A DNA stretch of 63,826 nt, the filler included, from Ministeria vibrans ATCC 50519 (taxonomy: Eukaryota; Protista; Filasterea), in NCBI GenBank assembly GCA_943704425.1. It is 7 parts of 7 records of this genome, joined end to end, with 100 filler letters (N's around TTAATTAATTAA, not from the genome) between each part and the next. Parts side by side here need not be neighbours in the genome. Positions count along the whole stretch, not along the records: positions 28,754 to 51,112 come from CALSCP010002553.1; positions 51,213 to 54,354 come from CALSCP010001503.1; 5 more parts are not named here. One strand, 5' to 3'. This document shows, in pieces, positions 39,788 to 52,429 of the stretch (position 1 is the first letter of the stretch; every line of letters begins with the position of its first letter). The position numbers and the translations under genes were made by a program. The notes under the pieces were generated by a model, which was given only the letters and a program-made list of their open reading frames with translations, was not told the DNA's origin and did no database searches.

Positions 39788-41695
39788 NNNNNNNNNNGGG
39801 GGGGGGGATGCGTTTGTTTCTCTCAGTGAATCTCTCTCAATATTTGATATTATATTAAATATTTGAGCGTGTATGATGTCGCACTCTCTCTCTCTCTCTC
39901 TGTTGTCGGCGTATGTCACAATCACTTGTCGTACCATCCGTTTTCGTTGTAAGCGGGCATCATCACATTAGGATCGTTTGCGGTGGTCAACAGCACAAAG
40001 ATGCTGTAAAAGGAGTTGCCCAGATCGTTGAACTTGACTTGCTCATCCGTCTTGTAGAACAGGAGACGCCCCAACATCGTAAAGACAAAGATGTGTCCTG
40101 GGTATAGTTTGAGTTGAGTCGGATTTCAGGAGAGCTGTTAATTTATTTCATTGTAGTTATTAATAGTACCTGCTAACATGATAAGGACTGTGAACACTTC
40201 TGGGACGGTTTTCGCAAGACTTTTGACTGCCTTGAGAAACCGAAAGAATTATTATTATGAGAAAAAGGCAAAAACAAAACATTTTGATACCTTTTTCATG
40301 AGAGTTGAGTCATAGAGAAGAAAGAAGGGTCTGAGAAGACGACGCACGCGAAAATGGAGACCACGCGAGGGACCAAAGGCAATCATGCCGACGAGAAGAT
40401 CGACGAAGGAGATGAGAATGACAAAGAGAAGGGCAACAAACCAGTAGTTGCGCAAAAAGCGACGACGTCCAATAAGATGATACTTGAGAAGGGCGTCTGC
40501 ACCAAAGACAAAGAGACAGAGGAACTCAATGCCTTGCGTGAGGCCCCAGGGGGTGGGAATGGACGCAGGCGGTTCAAACAGCGCAATGGCAAGGATCAGT
40601 GTCACAAAAAACAGCTTAGGCCTAAAGGTTGGTCAAAAAGAGAACGACACGGAGAGGAAGAGGAGAGTGTAAGGTGGGAGAAACGTTGAACAGAGTATTA
40701 GAGGGAGAAAAAACAGGACAATCCGATGAAGGGAGGGACAGAGAAAAAGAAAGAAAACGAAAAGAAAAAGTGATGAAGGGTGGAACAAAGAAAAAGTAAG
40801 ACAAAAAAAGAGGAGAAAAAGAAGGACAGGTGATGAAAGAAGGGACAGAGAAAATGAAAGACAAAAAAAGTTTTCTTGTTGTGTTGTACCAGACCACATA
40901 GGGGGAGTAGTAGATGCGATAAAGGTGGAGAGTCTGGTCTTCGAGGCGATGGTAGATGGAGCGTGCGTTGATGCCATCTTCGGCAAATGTGACCGCTTGA
41001 AGAAGAATGCCTTCGTTGTTGGCACGGCAGGCACTCGGGAGACACAGATTTCCCTCGTAGGGATCGTCGTCATCGGTGGTTTTGATGTCGCGCTCGGCGT
41101 CGCTGGCCGGCAGCAACTTGTACCTGCCACTGCCACTACTGCCTCCTCCAGTTGCCGAACCACCACCACCACCACCACTGCCGCTGCCGCTGCCGCCGAG
41201 GTTGTTGCCACTGCCACTGCTGTTGTGGTTGGAGGACGACGACATGAACGAGGAGCCGGGTGCGGCGGCAGAGGCGGTGACGCTTGAAGGCAAAATGTTG
41301 AGGATGGGCGCAAACAGGGGATCGACAGAGTCAGCGGCACGGTCGACTTCGACGGCGTCTCCAATGTCCATGGCACTGAGGCGTTGGGTCGACTTGATGC
41401 GCGAGCCGGGGCGGCGGTGAGGGCGCGGGCTGAGGGTAGGGGCGGCGTCAAGGGGCGACGGCAAGAGCGGTTGTTGAAGAGACGAAGTGGCGGCTTCGGC
41501 GGCGTTGCCAGGGGCCGTCGTCGCCTTGGCGCTCGTGCTCTCCATGTAGGGTGTCGCGGCGGATGCAAGGTCGTGCAGGGGGTAGCCTCCTCGTCGGTTG
41601 GGCAGTACGGGCGCAGCACTGTCCGCCCCCGCAGCTTCTAAGACTGTCTCACACTCCTCTGGATCAGGGGACAGTAGCCACTGCTGTGCACTCAT
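30460..41695 (-). CDS. TPCN2: Two-pore channel, TPC2-type; 5' exons ~41695-39935, last exon 32131-30460
   Basis: LALFEPP-like S1; RVRRLLRPFF S4; pore 1 LLTTANDPNVMMPAY; AACGGATG|gtacga...ttcag|GTAC splice gives PAYNENGWYFLFFFVYL..MNLLTAVIYNEF; pore 2 WEQMIVNNW. Confidence 0.88.
32199..33017 (+). CDS. Five internal exons of a syntrophin-like PH-domain protein (no start or stop found nearby)
   Basis: Exons 32199-32237, 32314-32410, 32498-32545, 32778-32876, 32932-33017 splice in frame: ..CAISFGTPEEGREWFLALQLN..KRKHDIPRNFDGEFIK|VGWICELSRDNQTWKWGYIALSNFDMNFYNCAP|GTEEEFNDPFLSIPLLHIRARL. Confidence 0.65.
33375..33928 (-). CDS. WDR53: WD40 protein, WDR53-like, 5' exons only
   Basis: HLYATTGTTVHQWDVR..DDEINAFSL..LAVCDDTGAVVVFD..VRKLKAHKRAVC..LRPKQPWQ then a GT donor into the GA repeat. 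Confidence 0.7.
34204..35159 (+). CDS. Hypothetical protein, 2 exons
   Basis: ATG 34204, donor near 34629, acceptor near 34960, helical C-terminal exon ending TGA 35159; no family recognised. Confidence 0.55.
35354..37922 (-). CDS. ZBBX-like ciliary protein with IQ motifs and TRDETVE repeats; no B-box visible
   Basis: LERDNARMEQQL..WRSAQPG; SLFEGTYDEEKARQEFQAAVAAWR; MSYREKLLLQRLR resemble ZBBX blocks; four IQ-like motifs (e.g. AAQVIQRGFRRY). Confidence 0.65.
38175..39526 (-). CDS. SCO1: SCO1/SCO2 cytochrome c oxidase copper chaperone, multi-exon
   Basis: YFGFTHCPDVCPDEL; ITIDPQRDT; DYLVDHTIITYLLNPDG. Confidence 0.95.
38490..38640. repeat. Intronic ~16-bp minisatellite (gtatgtacataagaat)
   Basis: Tandem copies visible in a SCO1 intron. 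Confidence 0.85.
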
Positions 41696-41966
41696 AAAGG
41701 ACGCAGGATAATCCTGCGGCAACTGAGTAAAAATTGAATCTTTTTTTAAAATTTTTTTTTCAACTGAGTAAAATTCAAAGTTTTTTGTGTTCTCTGACAG
41801 GTTTGCTTCAATTCTTTACTCTTGCGACCCTTCCGAGCACCAAACTCACATTGGATCCATTGGTGATAGCTTGGAAGTGGGTTCTGCAGTCTTTTGAAGT
41901 GGTTGATACTTTTTGCGAAAAAAGAAAAAAGAAAGAAAAAACGGACAAAAAACGCCGGACGAGAAA

Positions 41967-43034
41967 ATGTCCAAAACACCGCCTCGTTTGTCACCGCCGC
42001 CGGTCAGACAGGCGCGTGGGGCGGTCCGACGACGGCCCGTCGACGCCGACGACCCGGCCGTGGCTGCGTCTGGCAAGTACGCGTCCGTTCGTCGAAATCT
42101 CTTTGGCACTGTCGACAGCGATGACTTTATCCGCGAGTGCGCGGCCGAGCGAGAGGTACCCTTTGTGCTTGTGAACAACGCTGTTTCCTTCGTGCGCCTC
42201 CGCTTGACTCTTATTTACCATTCTCTCTTATTTTTCAAAAACGCCGGTTCTTTTTTTTTTTTTTTTTTGACTTTTGTCATCGTTGGTTGCTCTTTTTCTG
42301 ATTTGGTATTTTCGCGTGCTTAGCGTGAATTAGAGGAGAAGCGACGCCGGTGGAACTTTGATTTTGATCGTGGGGAGCCGTTGGCGGGCAGCTATGACTG
42401 GGAGCGGTGTCCAACGCCCCCCTCGAAGGGCGTGGAGGCAATGCGACGCTTTTCAGACATGTTCACGACGACCGCCGTGGGTTCCGCCGCTATTGCTGCT
42501 GCGATGGCAAGTGCACGCCGCGCTGGTGTGAATGCAGACACAGGCACCGCGGCAGCAGCAGAAGCAGCTGCAACCACAACAGTTGCGACAAGTTCAAGTC
42601 GTCAATTATCGTCATCGCCCTCCCCCGCCTCCATGACACCACCACTCCACCCCATGTTCACCCGACGACGCAGCACTAGTCGTTCAGTTGTCGGCGACAC
42701 ACCCCACCACCTGCGCACCTCCACCTCTCCCACAACACCAACGACACCAACGACACGCACATTAACGACACCCCCAGCGCTGATGACCACCCCCACCACC
42801 ACCACCACGACGACGACGACAACCTCCACTCTCCTTGACAACTTTGACGTCTCCACACATTCACCACAACCCTCGCGCCGCAGCACACCACGCACATCGC
42901 CATCGCCCCGGCGCCCTCCGCCGCGCGACCGTGACCTCGCGTCCTACTTTGACGCTCGCATGGACACGCGCACCTCCCCTGACAAGCGCACACCGGGCGG
43001 GCGCGTCCTCAAGCGCAGTCGCAAGAAAGTCTGA
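41967..43034 (+). CDS. Cip/Kip-family CDK inhibitor (CDI domain), 2 exons
   Basis: VRRNLFGTVD..|..KRRRWNFDFDRGEPLAGSYDWE; many S/TP sites; basic C-terminal KRSRKKV. Confidence 0.85.
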
Positions 43035-43383
43035 GATTTTCTATTTTGTAATATTCTTGTGTAAAATATATATTGTAGATCATTCAATTTGTTTGTTCAT
43101 GTTGGCGAATTTTTTTTTACTCACAACCGAAACAAACCATATCTTAAATCGACGACTCATATTTGTATGGTCTTGCGTGTAAAAACATGCAATGTCACTT
43201 CAATTTGGTAGTTCACGTTAGCGACAAATCGCCAAGAGACCGCCAAATAACTTTAACATTGACTGTAATAGTACTACAATGTGTTAGTTTGTCCATGTTG
43301 TCGACAAATCAAGAGGTGACCAAAAATATATGTTCTTGCGTGTTCTTGCGTGTAAAAACCATGTAATATTACTTCAATTTTTG

Positions 43384-44659
43384 TTAGTCCACGTTGGCGA
43401 CAAATCGCCAGGAGAGACCACCGACGCCAAGCGAGAGGGCGCGCCAGCCGCCCTCGTCGTAGATGGAGCGCAGGCAGGCCACAAGGGAGGGAGGGCGGAC
43501 GGAGGCACCGGCGCGCAGGCCACATCCGCTGACGGCCATACGGGTGCTTGCCAGGAGGAAGGGGTAGTAGGGTCCGGTGATGCAGAAGTCGATAAGTTGG
43601 ATGCTGAGTGCCTCCTCCTGGTGTCGCAGGAAGGCCAGGTCGTCGTCACTCATATCCTCGTCCAGCTCATCGCCATTGTCGTCGTCACTGTCTTCATTGT
43701 TGTTGCTACTGTCCTTGCCCTTGCGTCGTGTCAGCCACGACAAACCCCAACTGACGGCAGTGCAGCCCACGGTGAGCAGCAGCACATGAACTGCCTCGCC
43801 CACCACCGCACCGCCTACGCCCGCCAGCAATCCTTCCATCCCTTCCCGATGCACAATCGCTCGTAGGCCTGCTACTATTCCTCCACTGTACAGCGTCTCC
43901 TTTCCAATGTACTGAGCAATCACACGCGTTGACAACACTGAGAACAAACAAACAAACAAAAACCAAAATTACAAAACAGCAGGTATGGTGTGAAAACGCT
44001 ACGACCCCAGTCAATGAACGTACGGTAGAAGGGATTCGCTACAAAGGTCGCAACAACTCCGGCACACACTTCGACTACTGTTCTTTGGACGACATCCTTG
44101 ACAAACACGCCCCAGGACGCATTTCGTCGGAGTTCGTCGAGCTGACAGGGATCGTCGTGTGTGAGAGACGAGCCCACCACACGATTGACAAGGAAGGTGC
44201 GCACAGCGTCGCGCACGACCACGTCTGTCAGGAGACCCATCACACGCGGTGCAAAGCCTGTGTACAGCACACGGAAGCCTGAATCCGAACAGAGTGCTCG
44301 TGCTAGTTCAACACAAAATTGAGATGGTGTCATTTCAAAAAGGAAAAACGATAAAATATGTTCAGTCGACTGTGGAGACATTTGGGGTGCTTACCATAGC
44401 CGTAGGCTCCGGGAAGGGCAAGGACAGTTCGGCCTGTGAGTGTTCGACGCAGCGTTGGAGGGACAGGCTCGTAGCCGCTCTGGATCAGGACACGAATGAC
44501 GGTGAGCGGGTGAGACGCACTATTCGACAGTGCGCGCGTAAGATAGCGCAAAGACAAGTCTGCAAAAGCGGGAGGGGGGGAGGGCAATGATGGTTTCATC
44601 TGTGTGAGTGGGGTGGACGGGGCCGCCGAGTGCGCCAGTGTGCGATTCTCGCCGTTCAT
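43384..44659 (-). CDS. MTCH2: Mitochondrial carrier homologue MTCH1/2
   Basis: SHPLTVIRVLIQSGYEPVPP..LPGAYGY; RVIAQYIGKETLYSG; YPFLLASTRMAVSGCGLRAG. Confidence 0.85.
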
Positions 44660-44878
44660 TCCATGGTGAATGTACCGAGATAACTTGTCCCGGCCGACGG
44701 CTTTGGTTGTCTCCTCGACTGAGCGTCCGTTCGATGGTTGCTCATGATCAGCTATTACAACAGAAAATAAGAGTGATGACTGCAGACTGATGGAATATGG
44801 ATCTCCTTACTAATGGACTCATCTTGTTTGATCTTGATTATGTATCTATTATGGTTAATCTATCACTTCTGTTGCTTC

Positions 44879-47800
44879 ATGTCGTCAAAGAAAACCTCGT
44901 CGTCATCGGGGGCGTCTTCGACGACAGTTCGAGTGGCAGTGCGCGTGAGACCGTTTTTGGCGCGCGAAATCCGTCGGGAATGCAAAGCGATTGTGCGCAT
45001 GAAGGACACAGCCACCTTCATCCGCCCTGCCCTGGTCCCCGGCAGCCGCCGCTCCATGAGCAGCGCGACAGGGGCCGAGAAACGCTTCAACTTTGACTTT
45101 AGCTTCTGGTCCCATACCGGCCTCAAAGAGTGTGGCACTGACGAGTCCTGTACGCGTTTGCTTTTGCTTTTTTGCTTTGCTGTTTTTTTTTTTTTTTTTT
45201 TTTTTGGCACTTTTGCACTTCCGTACACTACGCAATGCGATCAGAGACGCATCTCTTGTATGACTCACGTTTGATGTGGCGTGTGTCTGTGTGTTTGACT
45301 GTAGCGGAAGTGCCTGAGGGAGCTCTGCTTGCGAACAATCAGACCATCTTTGAGATGTTAGGACGCGAAGTGATCGACAACGCACTCAAGGGACTCAACG
45401 CGACTCTCTTTGCCTACGGACAGACGGGAAGCGGCAAGAGCTTCTCCATGATGGGCAGCAACCGTGACGGGCTTATCCCGCTTATTTGTCAAGAGCTCTT
45501 CCAGCAAGCCAACGAAGTAACTCCTCTCATCGTATCTCTGTTGTGTTTGTGTATTGTATATCATCTTGCTGTTCTTTAGCGCGGCGACGTACGCATCGAA
45601 GTGACCTACCTTGAGATTTACAACGAACGTGTCAAGGACCTGCTTGATCCACGCAAAAAACACGATGCTCTGAGAGTGCGTTCGCACCCTACTACGGGAC
45701 CGTACGTCGAGGGACTCAGTCGCTTTGCGGTGCGTGACTACGATCATGTGGAGCAGCTGTTGGACTTGGGAAACCAATCGCGTACGGTTGGCAGCACAGC
45801 CATGAACGACCAGAGTAGTCGTAGTCACAGCGTGTTTACGCTGGCGGTGACCGAGTCGCACGTCGACAGCGACACAGGCGAGACCATGAAGCGTAGCTCG
45901 CTGGTGAACCTGGTCGACTTGGCCGGGTCCGAGCGCGCCGATCGCACTGGGGCACAGGGACAGCGACTGCGCGAAGGCGCCAACATCAATAGGAGTCTTT
46001 CGGCGCTTGGCAAAGTGATCAGCGTGCTTGCGGACGTGCAACCGGGCGGCACGGCGCAGCACGTACCCTACCGCGACTCGGTGCTCACTTGGTTGCTGTG
46101 CCAGTCGCTTGGTGGCAACGCCAAGACGATTATGCTTGCGAATATTAGTCCGTCGGACGACGACTACGAGGAGACGCTGAGCACATTGCGTTATGCGGAG
46201 CGAGCCAAGCGCATTGTGACCAAGGCGGTTGTGAACGAAAGTAAATCGGCGCGCATGGTGGCCGAGCTTAAGGCCGAGATTGAGCGACTACGCGAGGCTT
46301 TGACGGCCGCACGCGACACGTCCAACAACGACACGTCGCTGGCGGAGCAGCTGCGCGAGAGCGAGCGCATGTGGGAGGAAACACGCGAGTCGTGGGAACA
46401 GCGTCTGATGGAGAGCAACGCGGCGCTCGAGCAACGGTCGCGTCAGCTCAAGGAACTCGGCATTGCGTCGAGCCTCTCGGGCGAAGACTGCATGTTGGTC
46501 AACCTAAATGAAGATCCGCTCATGAGCGAGTGTCTCGTCTACTCCATTCCCGCTGGTCGTGTGACACGTGTGGGGCGCGACGACGCCGGCACCACGCAGG
46601 ACATTCGCCTGGACGGTCTTGGCATTGACAAGGAGCATTGTCTGTTGGACTACACATCGCCCGGCGGTCGTGTCACCATCACTCCCGTCGCGAATGCTCT
46701 CACATTTGTCAATGGCGAACGTCTCACCTCGACGCGCGAACTCCTTCAGTTTGATCGTGTCATTCTCGGGCAGATTCAGACGTTTCGCTTTCAGTATCCT
46801 CTGTCGCATGCGACACCAACAGCTGAAGCAGCCGTCAAAGAAGAAGAAGAAGAAGAAGAAGAAGGAGAAGCAGGGGAAGCAGGAGAAGGACAACACCAAG
46901 TGTCGGCGAGTCGTAGTGGGGACCGTGGACGCACAACGAGCTTTCACTCGGCGTCGGGCGAGGCAGAACCCATCGTTGCCGGCGAGGTGGTCGATTGGAA
47001 TTACGCGCGACGTGAGCTGATGCAAGCGCGCGACACGATGGCCCTGTTGCTGGCCGCCGACCAGCTTGACTCGAGCGTGTACACACTGTCGCCGGCGGAG
47101 CGACGCGAACTCGAAGAGGAGCTGGTGGGCATTTTCAACTTGACCAATGAGGCGAATGCCATTTCGCAGGCGCTCCGTCGTGCCGTGGTGTTTGAGCCGG
47201 TGCTCAGTGGTGGTGGTGGCGGTGGCGGTGGGGAAGGGGCACGTCGTCCTTCGAGTGGACGAGGTGCCGCATCAACAGCAGGAGTGCATCATGGTCGACC
47301 TCACGCGGGCGTGCGAGTGACACAGTTAGACACGGACCGTAAAAGTGTGTGGTCACAAGAGAAGTTTCGCGGACGCATGTATGCCATTCGCGAACTGTGG
47401 CTGCAGGCTAGTCTTGATGGTGGTGACAGTGTGTTGTTGGAGACCACGCAACGCGACGGGGGTGGAAGCGGAAGTGGTGCTGCGGCGTTGACTGTGGCTG
47501 CGACATCGATTGGAGGCGCAGACGATCCTTTTGACGATGTGGGCGAGGACAAACTGGTGGGAAGGTGCCATCTGTTTTTGCGACCGTTGCACTACGGAGT
47601 GGATGTGACGCGTGCTCTGAGCATCATTGACATGGAGGGGCGTGTGCGTGGTCAGTTGCATGTGAACTTGCGTCGACACGAGCCGCGAGCGAACAGGAGA
47701 GGCAGTAAGAGTGAGAGGAAGAAGAATGGAGCAGAAGCACAAGGAGAGGAGGAGACGTTGCGTGGCGTGTTGAAGAAGACGAATGCGACGGTGGGGGTGT

Positions 47801-49764
47801 CGCGGAAGATGAAGGGAAAGCGGTTGTCGTTTGCCAGCGAAGAGCGGGAAATTGAGGCACAGAAAGAAGAGAAGGAGGAAGGGAAGGGGGAGGCGGCGGA
47901 AGAGAAGGAGGAAGGGAAGGAGGAAACGGAAGAAGAGGAAGAGGAAGAGGAGAAGGAGAGTGGAGAAGAGGAAGATGCGACGAATGGACCGCTGGTGGAA
48001 CTGACGGTGGGCGACAACCTTGTGTTTACGTTGTCAGTTGTGGCGGTACAAGGACTGACGGCGGGCGATGTGGCCAATTGCTACTGTAACTATTCGATGG
48101 CGGTGTTGCGTGCGAGTGCGAGCGACGATGAACAGTCGACCATGCAGCCGTTGTCGCGACTGCAGAACACACGACGTGAGACGGTGCGTCCAATTGGGGC
48201 GGCGAGCGATGGACACGGCGCACTGTTGAACCATAGCGAGACGGTGACGCTGGCGGTGAGCGAGGCGATGCTCAAGGAGATTCAACGTGCCGCGATTGTT
48301 CTTGAGGTACGTGGTGAAGTGGGGCCGTTGACGTCGCGCAGCGCAACCGCATCGTCGGGTGTGGTTGCCGAGGGACACCAGGCGGTTGTGCACTACCACG
48401 CTTCGCCGGCGCTGCTCGAGCTCAATGGCAACGGTGACTGGGAAGGCGTGCCATTTAAGCCTGAAGTGCGCGGCGGACGGGCGCGCAAAATGTTTCGTGT
48501 CCACCACGGGCAACAGCGACAGATGAGCCTCGATGTGTCATGGCGACGACCCGACACGAATGAAGAGGAGGAGAAGGAGAAGGTGGGCGATGACAACAAC
48601 GGAGATGTTTTGCCTGCGTACGCGGTGCAAGGGTGCAGGTCGTTGCGTGTGAGGAGTGTACATGAAGTGAAAAAGGACACGGCATTGGGCGGTGTGACGA
48701 CGGGTAGTCATGGCAAGGAGGGCGAGATGGAAAGTGAAGGCGTTGAGTTGCCGCTGGAGTCATGCAAGGTGGACCAGGCTCGGGGTGTGTGCAGCATCGT
48801 GGGCGATTGGGATGCGGTATCGCGGGCGTTTCGTGTGCTGCGACGACCCACCTCAAGTGGTTGTCGAGTGTTTGCGCTGGTGGAGGCGGAGCTGGAGCTG
48901 AGTGCACAGACGCCTGTGCCGTACATTACGCTTGCCAAGGAACTTTGCATCAAGGTGTACCCGCGTGACGCGGAGTTTAATACGGACGACGACGAGACTT
49001 TGTTTGGCAGGCAAGGGGGTGGTGGCGAAGCGTCGACGGCGAGCGCGGCGCTCCGGTTGCTTGACTGGCAGTTTGAGGTGGACATTGTGCGGACGGGTCC
49101 CAAAGGGTTCATTGTGGAGGACGCACACGAAGGGGCGTCGGCAGTTTTGCGCGCACACGCCGACAATGTGCGCACACATGAAGCGGCGATGCTTGTGGAA
49201 CGCTACCAGCAAGAGCTGGAGCTGATGCGGACGCTGCGTGTGCGCGGCGGCCGTGACGACTTTGACTCGCAAATTTCGCTGCTGAGTTCGAATCTGGGCA
49301 ACATTGGGGATGCAGCTGCGGCTGCGGCGGGCAGCGCAGGCAGCACACGTACACCACAGCTGACGATCAACGAAGTGCGATCGCAGACGTCGCCCTCTGT
49401 GTTGCGCACGATGCTACTAGAGTCACCGTCGGGCAGTCGCAAGCGCAGCACCAAGGCCATCACACACGCGCGCACCGGCCAGCAACTACGCGATGTGCTG
49501 CGTGAGTACGAGCGCGAGCAGCGACGCCACCGCGACACACGCGAGCGACTGTTTGCAGCGCAGATGCTCTCGGTCAAGCTTGAGTTGGCACACCAGGGTG
49601 TCAACATCCACAATGCGTCCATCAACGACCTGTATGACTGTGCGGTGCGCGACAATGTTCCCGTCAAGTTTTGGAGTCTGTGGATTCAGATTCAACTTGG
49701 GGCCTACGAGCTCGACCAGTTACCGGCGGACGCAGTGCAGTTTCCCATTCGATTTGGGTTGTGA
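44879..49764 (+). CDS. Kinesin-3 family motor (KIF13/KIF1-like) with FHA domain
   Basis: VRVAVRVRP; FDFSFWSH; YGQTGSGKS; SSRSH; LVDLAGSER; [16 protein letters not shown] followed by FHA. Confidence 0.93.
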
Positions 49765-49966
49765 AAAGAATAGAGAGAGAGAGAGAGAATGCGTGTGGGA
49801 GTGAGGTGTGTGTACTCAGTGTAACAAAGGGACTAATTCAGAAAATTTCTCCTGGTTGTTGGGGAGCGCGGTCGCGGTCGTCTGAGGGGGGAGGGGAGGA
49901 AGAGAGCAAAGTGATAGAGTGTGTGGTGTGTGTGTGTGTATACTCGTAGAAAGATAAATTCCTTCT

Positions 49967-50985
<1,019 letters not shown>

Positions 50986-51007
50986 AAACGAGACAAAGAC
51001 AAAATTA

Positions 51008-51098
<91 letters not shown>

Positions 51099-51580
51099 TA
51101 ATTATTATGATANNNNNNNNNNNNNNNNNNNNNNNNNNNNNNNNNNNNNNNNNNNNTTAATTAATTAANNNNNNNNNNNNNNNNNNNNNNNNNNNNNNNN
51201 NNNNNNNNNNNNATGATAAATAAATCTCGAATATATTCGTTGTGAAAGTCAATTTACATAGGTAAAAACGCATTTACCATTTACTACCCAATTTACTTTA
51301 CATAGTAATTTGGAGCCTTAGGCCCACTCTGTCCTTTGACCAGTGACCAACCTAACTGCCAATAATTCCATTGTGTTATGTGAATGGAATCATTACTGTG
51401 ATATGTCAGTGAGAGTCAATTTGTTCTATTACTTTACAGCATAGAGCATATTGCCACCTATATAATATATTCATCCACCCAGCGGACGCGAAAGGTCGGA
51501 GAAAGCAACGCTGGGCGAGCGTTGAACCTTTGCTTTTCCACTTTCTTCCAACAAAAGGTATATAGAAAAACAAAACAATT

Positions 51581-52353
51581 TTACTCGTAATACAGGGCAA
51601 AGACAATGGCACACGCAAAGAGAGAACCCTAAGCAGAGTATAATGGGAATGCAAGAAATTGATTAATCAGACGCTGATGATATTGTGACTACATTATTAT
51701 TGACAAACCTTGACACAGGAAGCAGTCGCCGAGTTGTCAGTCGTTTGATTCCACAGACAACGCGAAGCCATTTTCACGCCTTGATCAGCACGCTCTCCAA
51801 CGTGAACTTGACATATAAATTTGTATCGAGGAAATCCCATTCCTGCGCAAGTGACATTACGTCGAGCAATCATCAGACAGGATCGAGATGAAAAGTCAAA
51901 GGGTATCTATCATATAAGTATTACCTTTGACGCGTTCAAGAACGAGAGCGTTGAGCGAAGTTGCCAGCTGACGACTCGTGCTTTCATTGTACTCCTCTCC
52001 TTCTAAACTCTCCTCCAAGACAGTTTGCATCATCTTCGCCACTTCACCCGACCGAAATCTGAAAAAAAAACAAATATATTATGTTATGTTGTCAGACTCG
52101 TCGCGCTTAGGGTCTTCTCTGGCATGCCTTCTGTCGGGCTTCATCTTGTACGTGTTCTCAAACACCCTGTTGCCCGCCCCATGTCCTGCTAAGTCGTCTC
52201 TACAGTAAAGGCAGTGAGTTATACGCGAGACCATGCCCACGTCGCTATAGCAACATACTGCCTTCTCCTTTCTTACGTTCCAATAATAATACTATTGGGT
52301 CCAGCCTGGCCAGTCAAGCCACCCTTTATTGGTCTTTTTATTTTGGTTGCCAT
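51581..52353 (-). CDS. Tctex1-domain dynein light chain (TCTEX1D-type), 5 exons; absent from the ORF track
   Basis: MATKIKRP..|..FENTYKMKPDR|RFRSGEVAKMMQTVLEESLEGEEY..|GMGFPRYKFICQVHVGERADQGVKMASRCLWNQTTDNSA..|GSLFACAIVFALYYE*. Confidence 0.88.
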
Positions 52354-52429
52354 CAAGATGTCACCAAGAGATGTAGTGAAGAAAAAAAAATAAAAATAAG
52401 AGAAAACAATCATATTTTTAATTTTTATA

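Noticed and set aside
51004-51112. (AAT)n tract as a telomere-like repeat
   Set aside because: Lies in an NT5C2 intron; a simple microsatellite causing a contig break.
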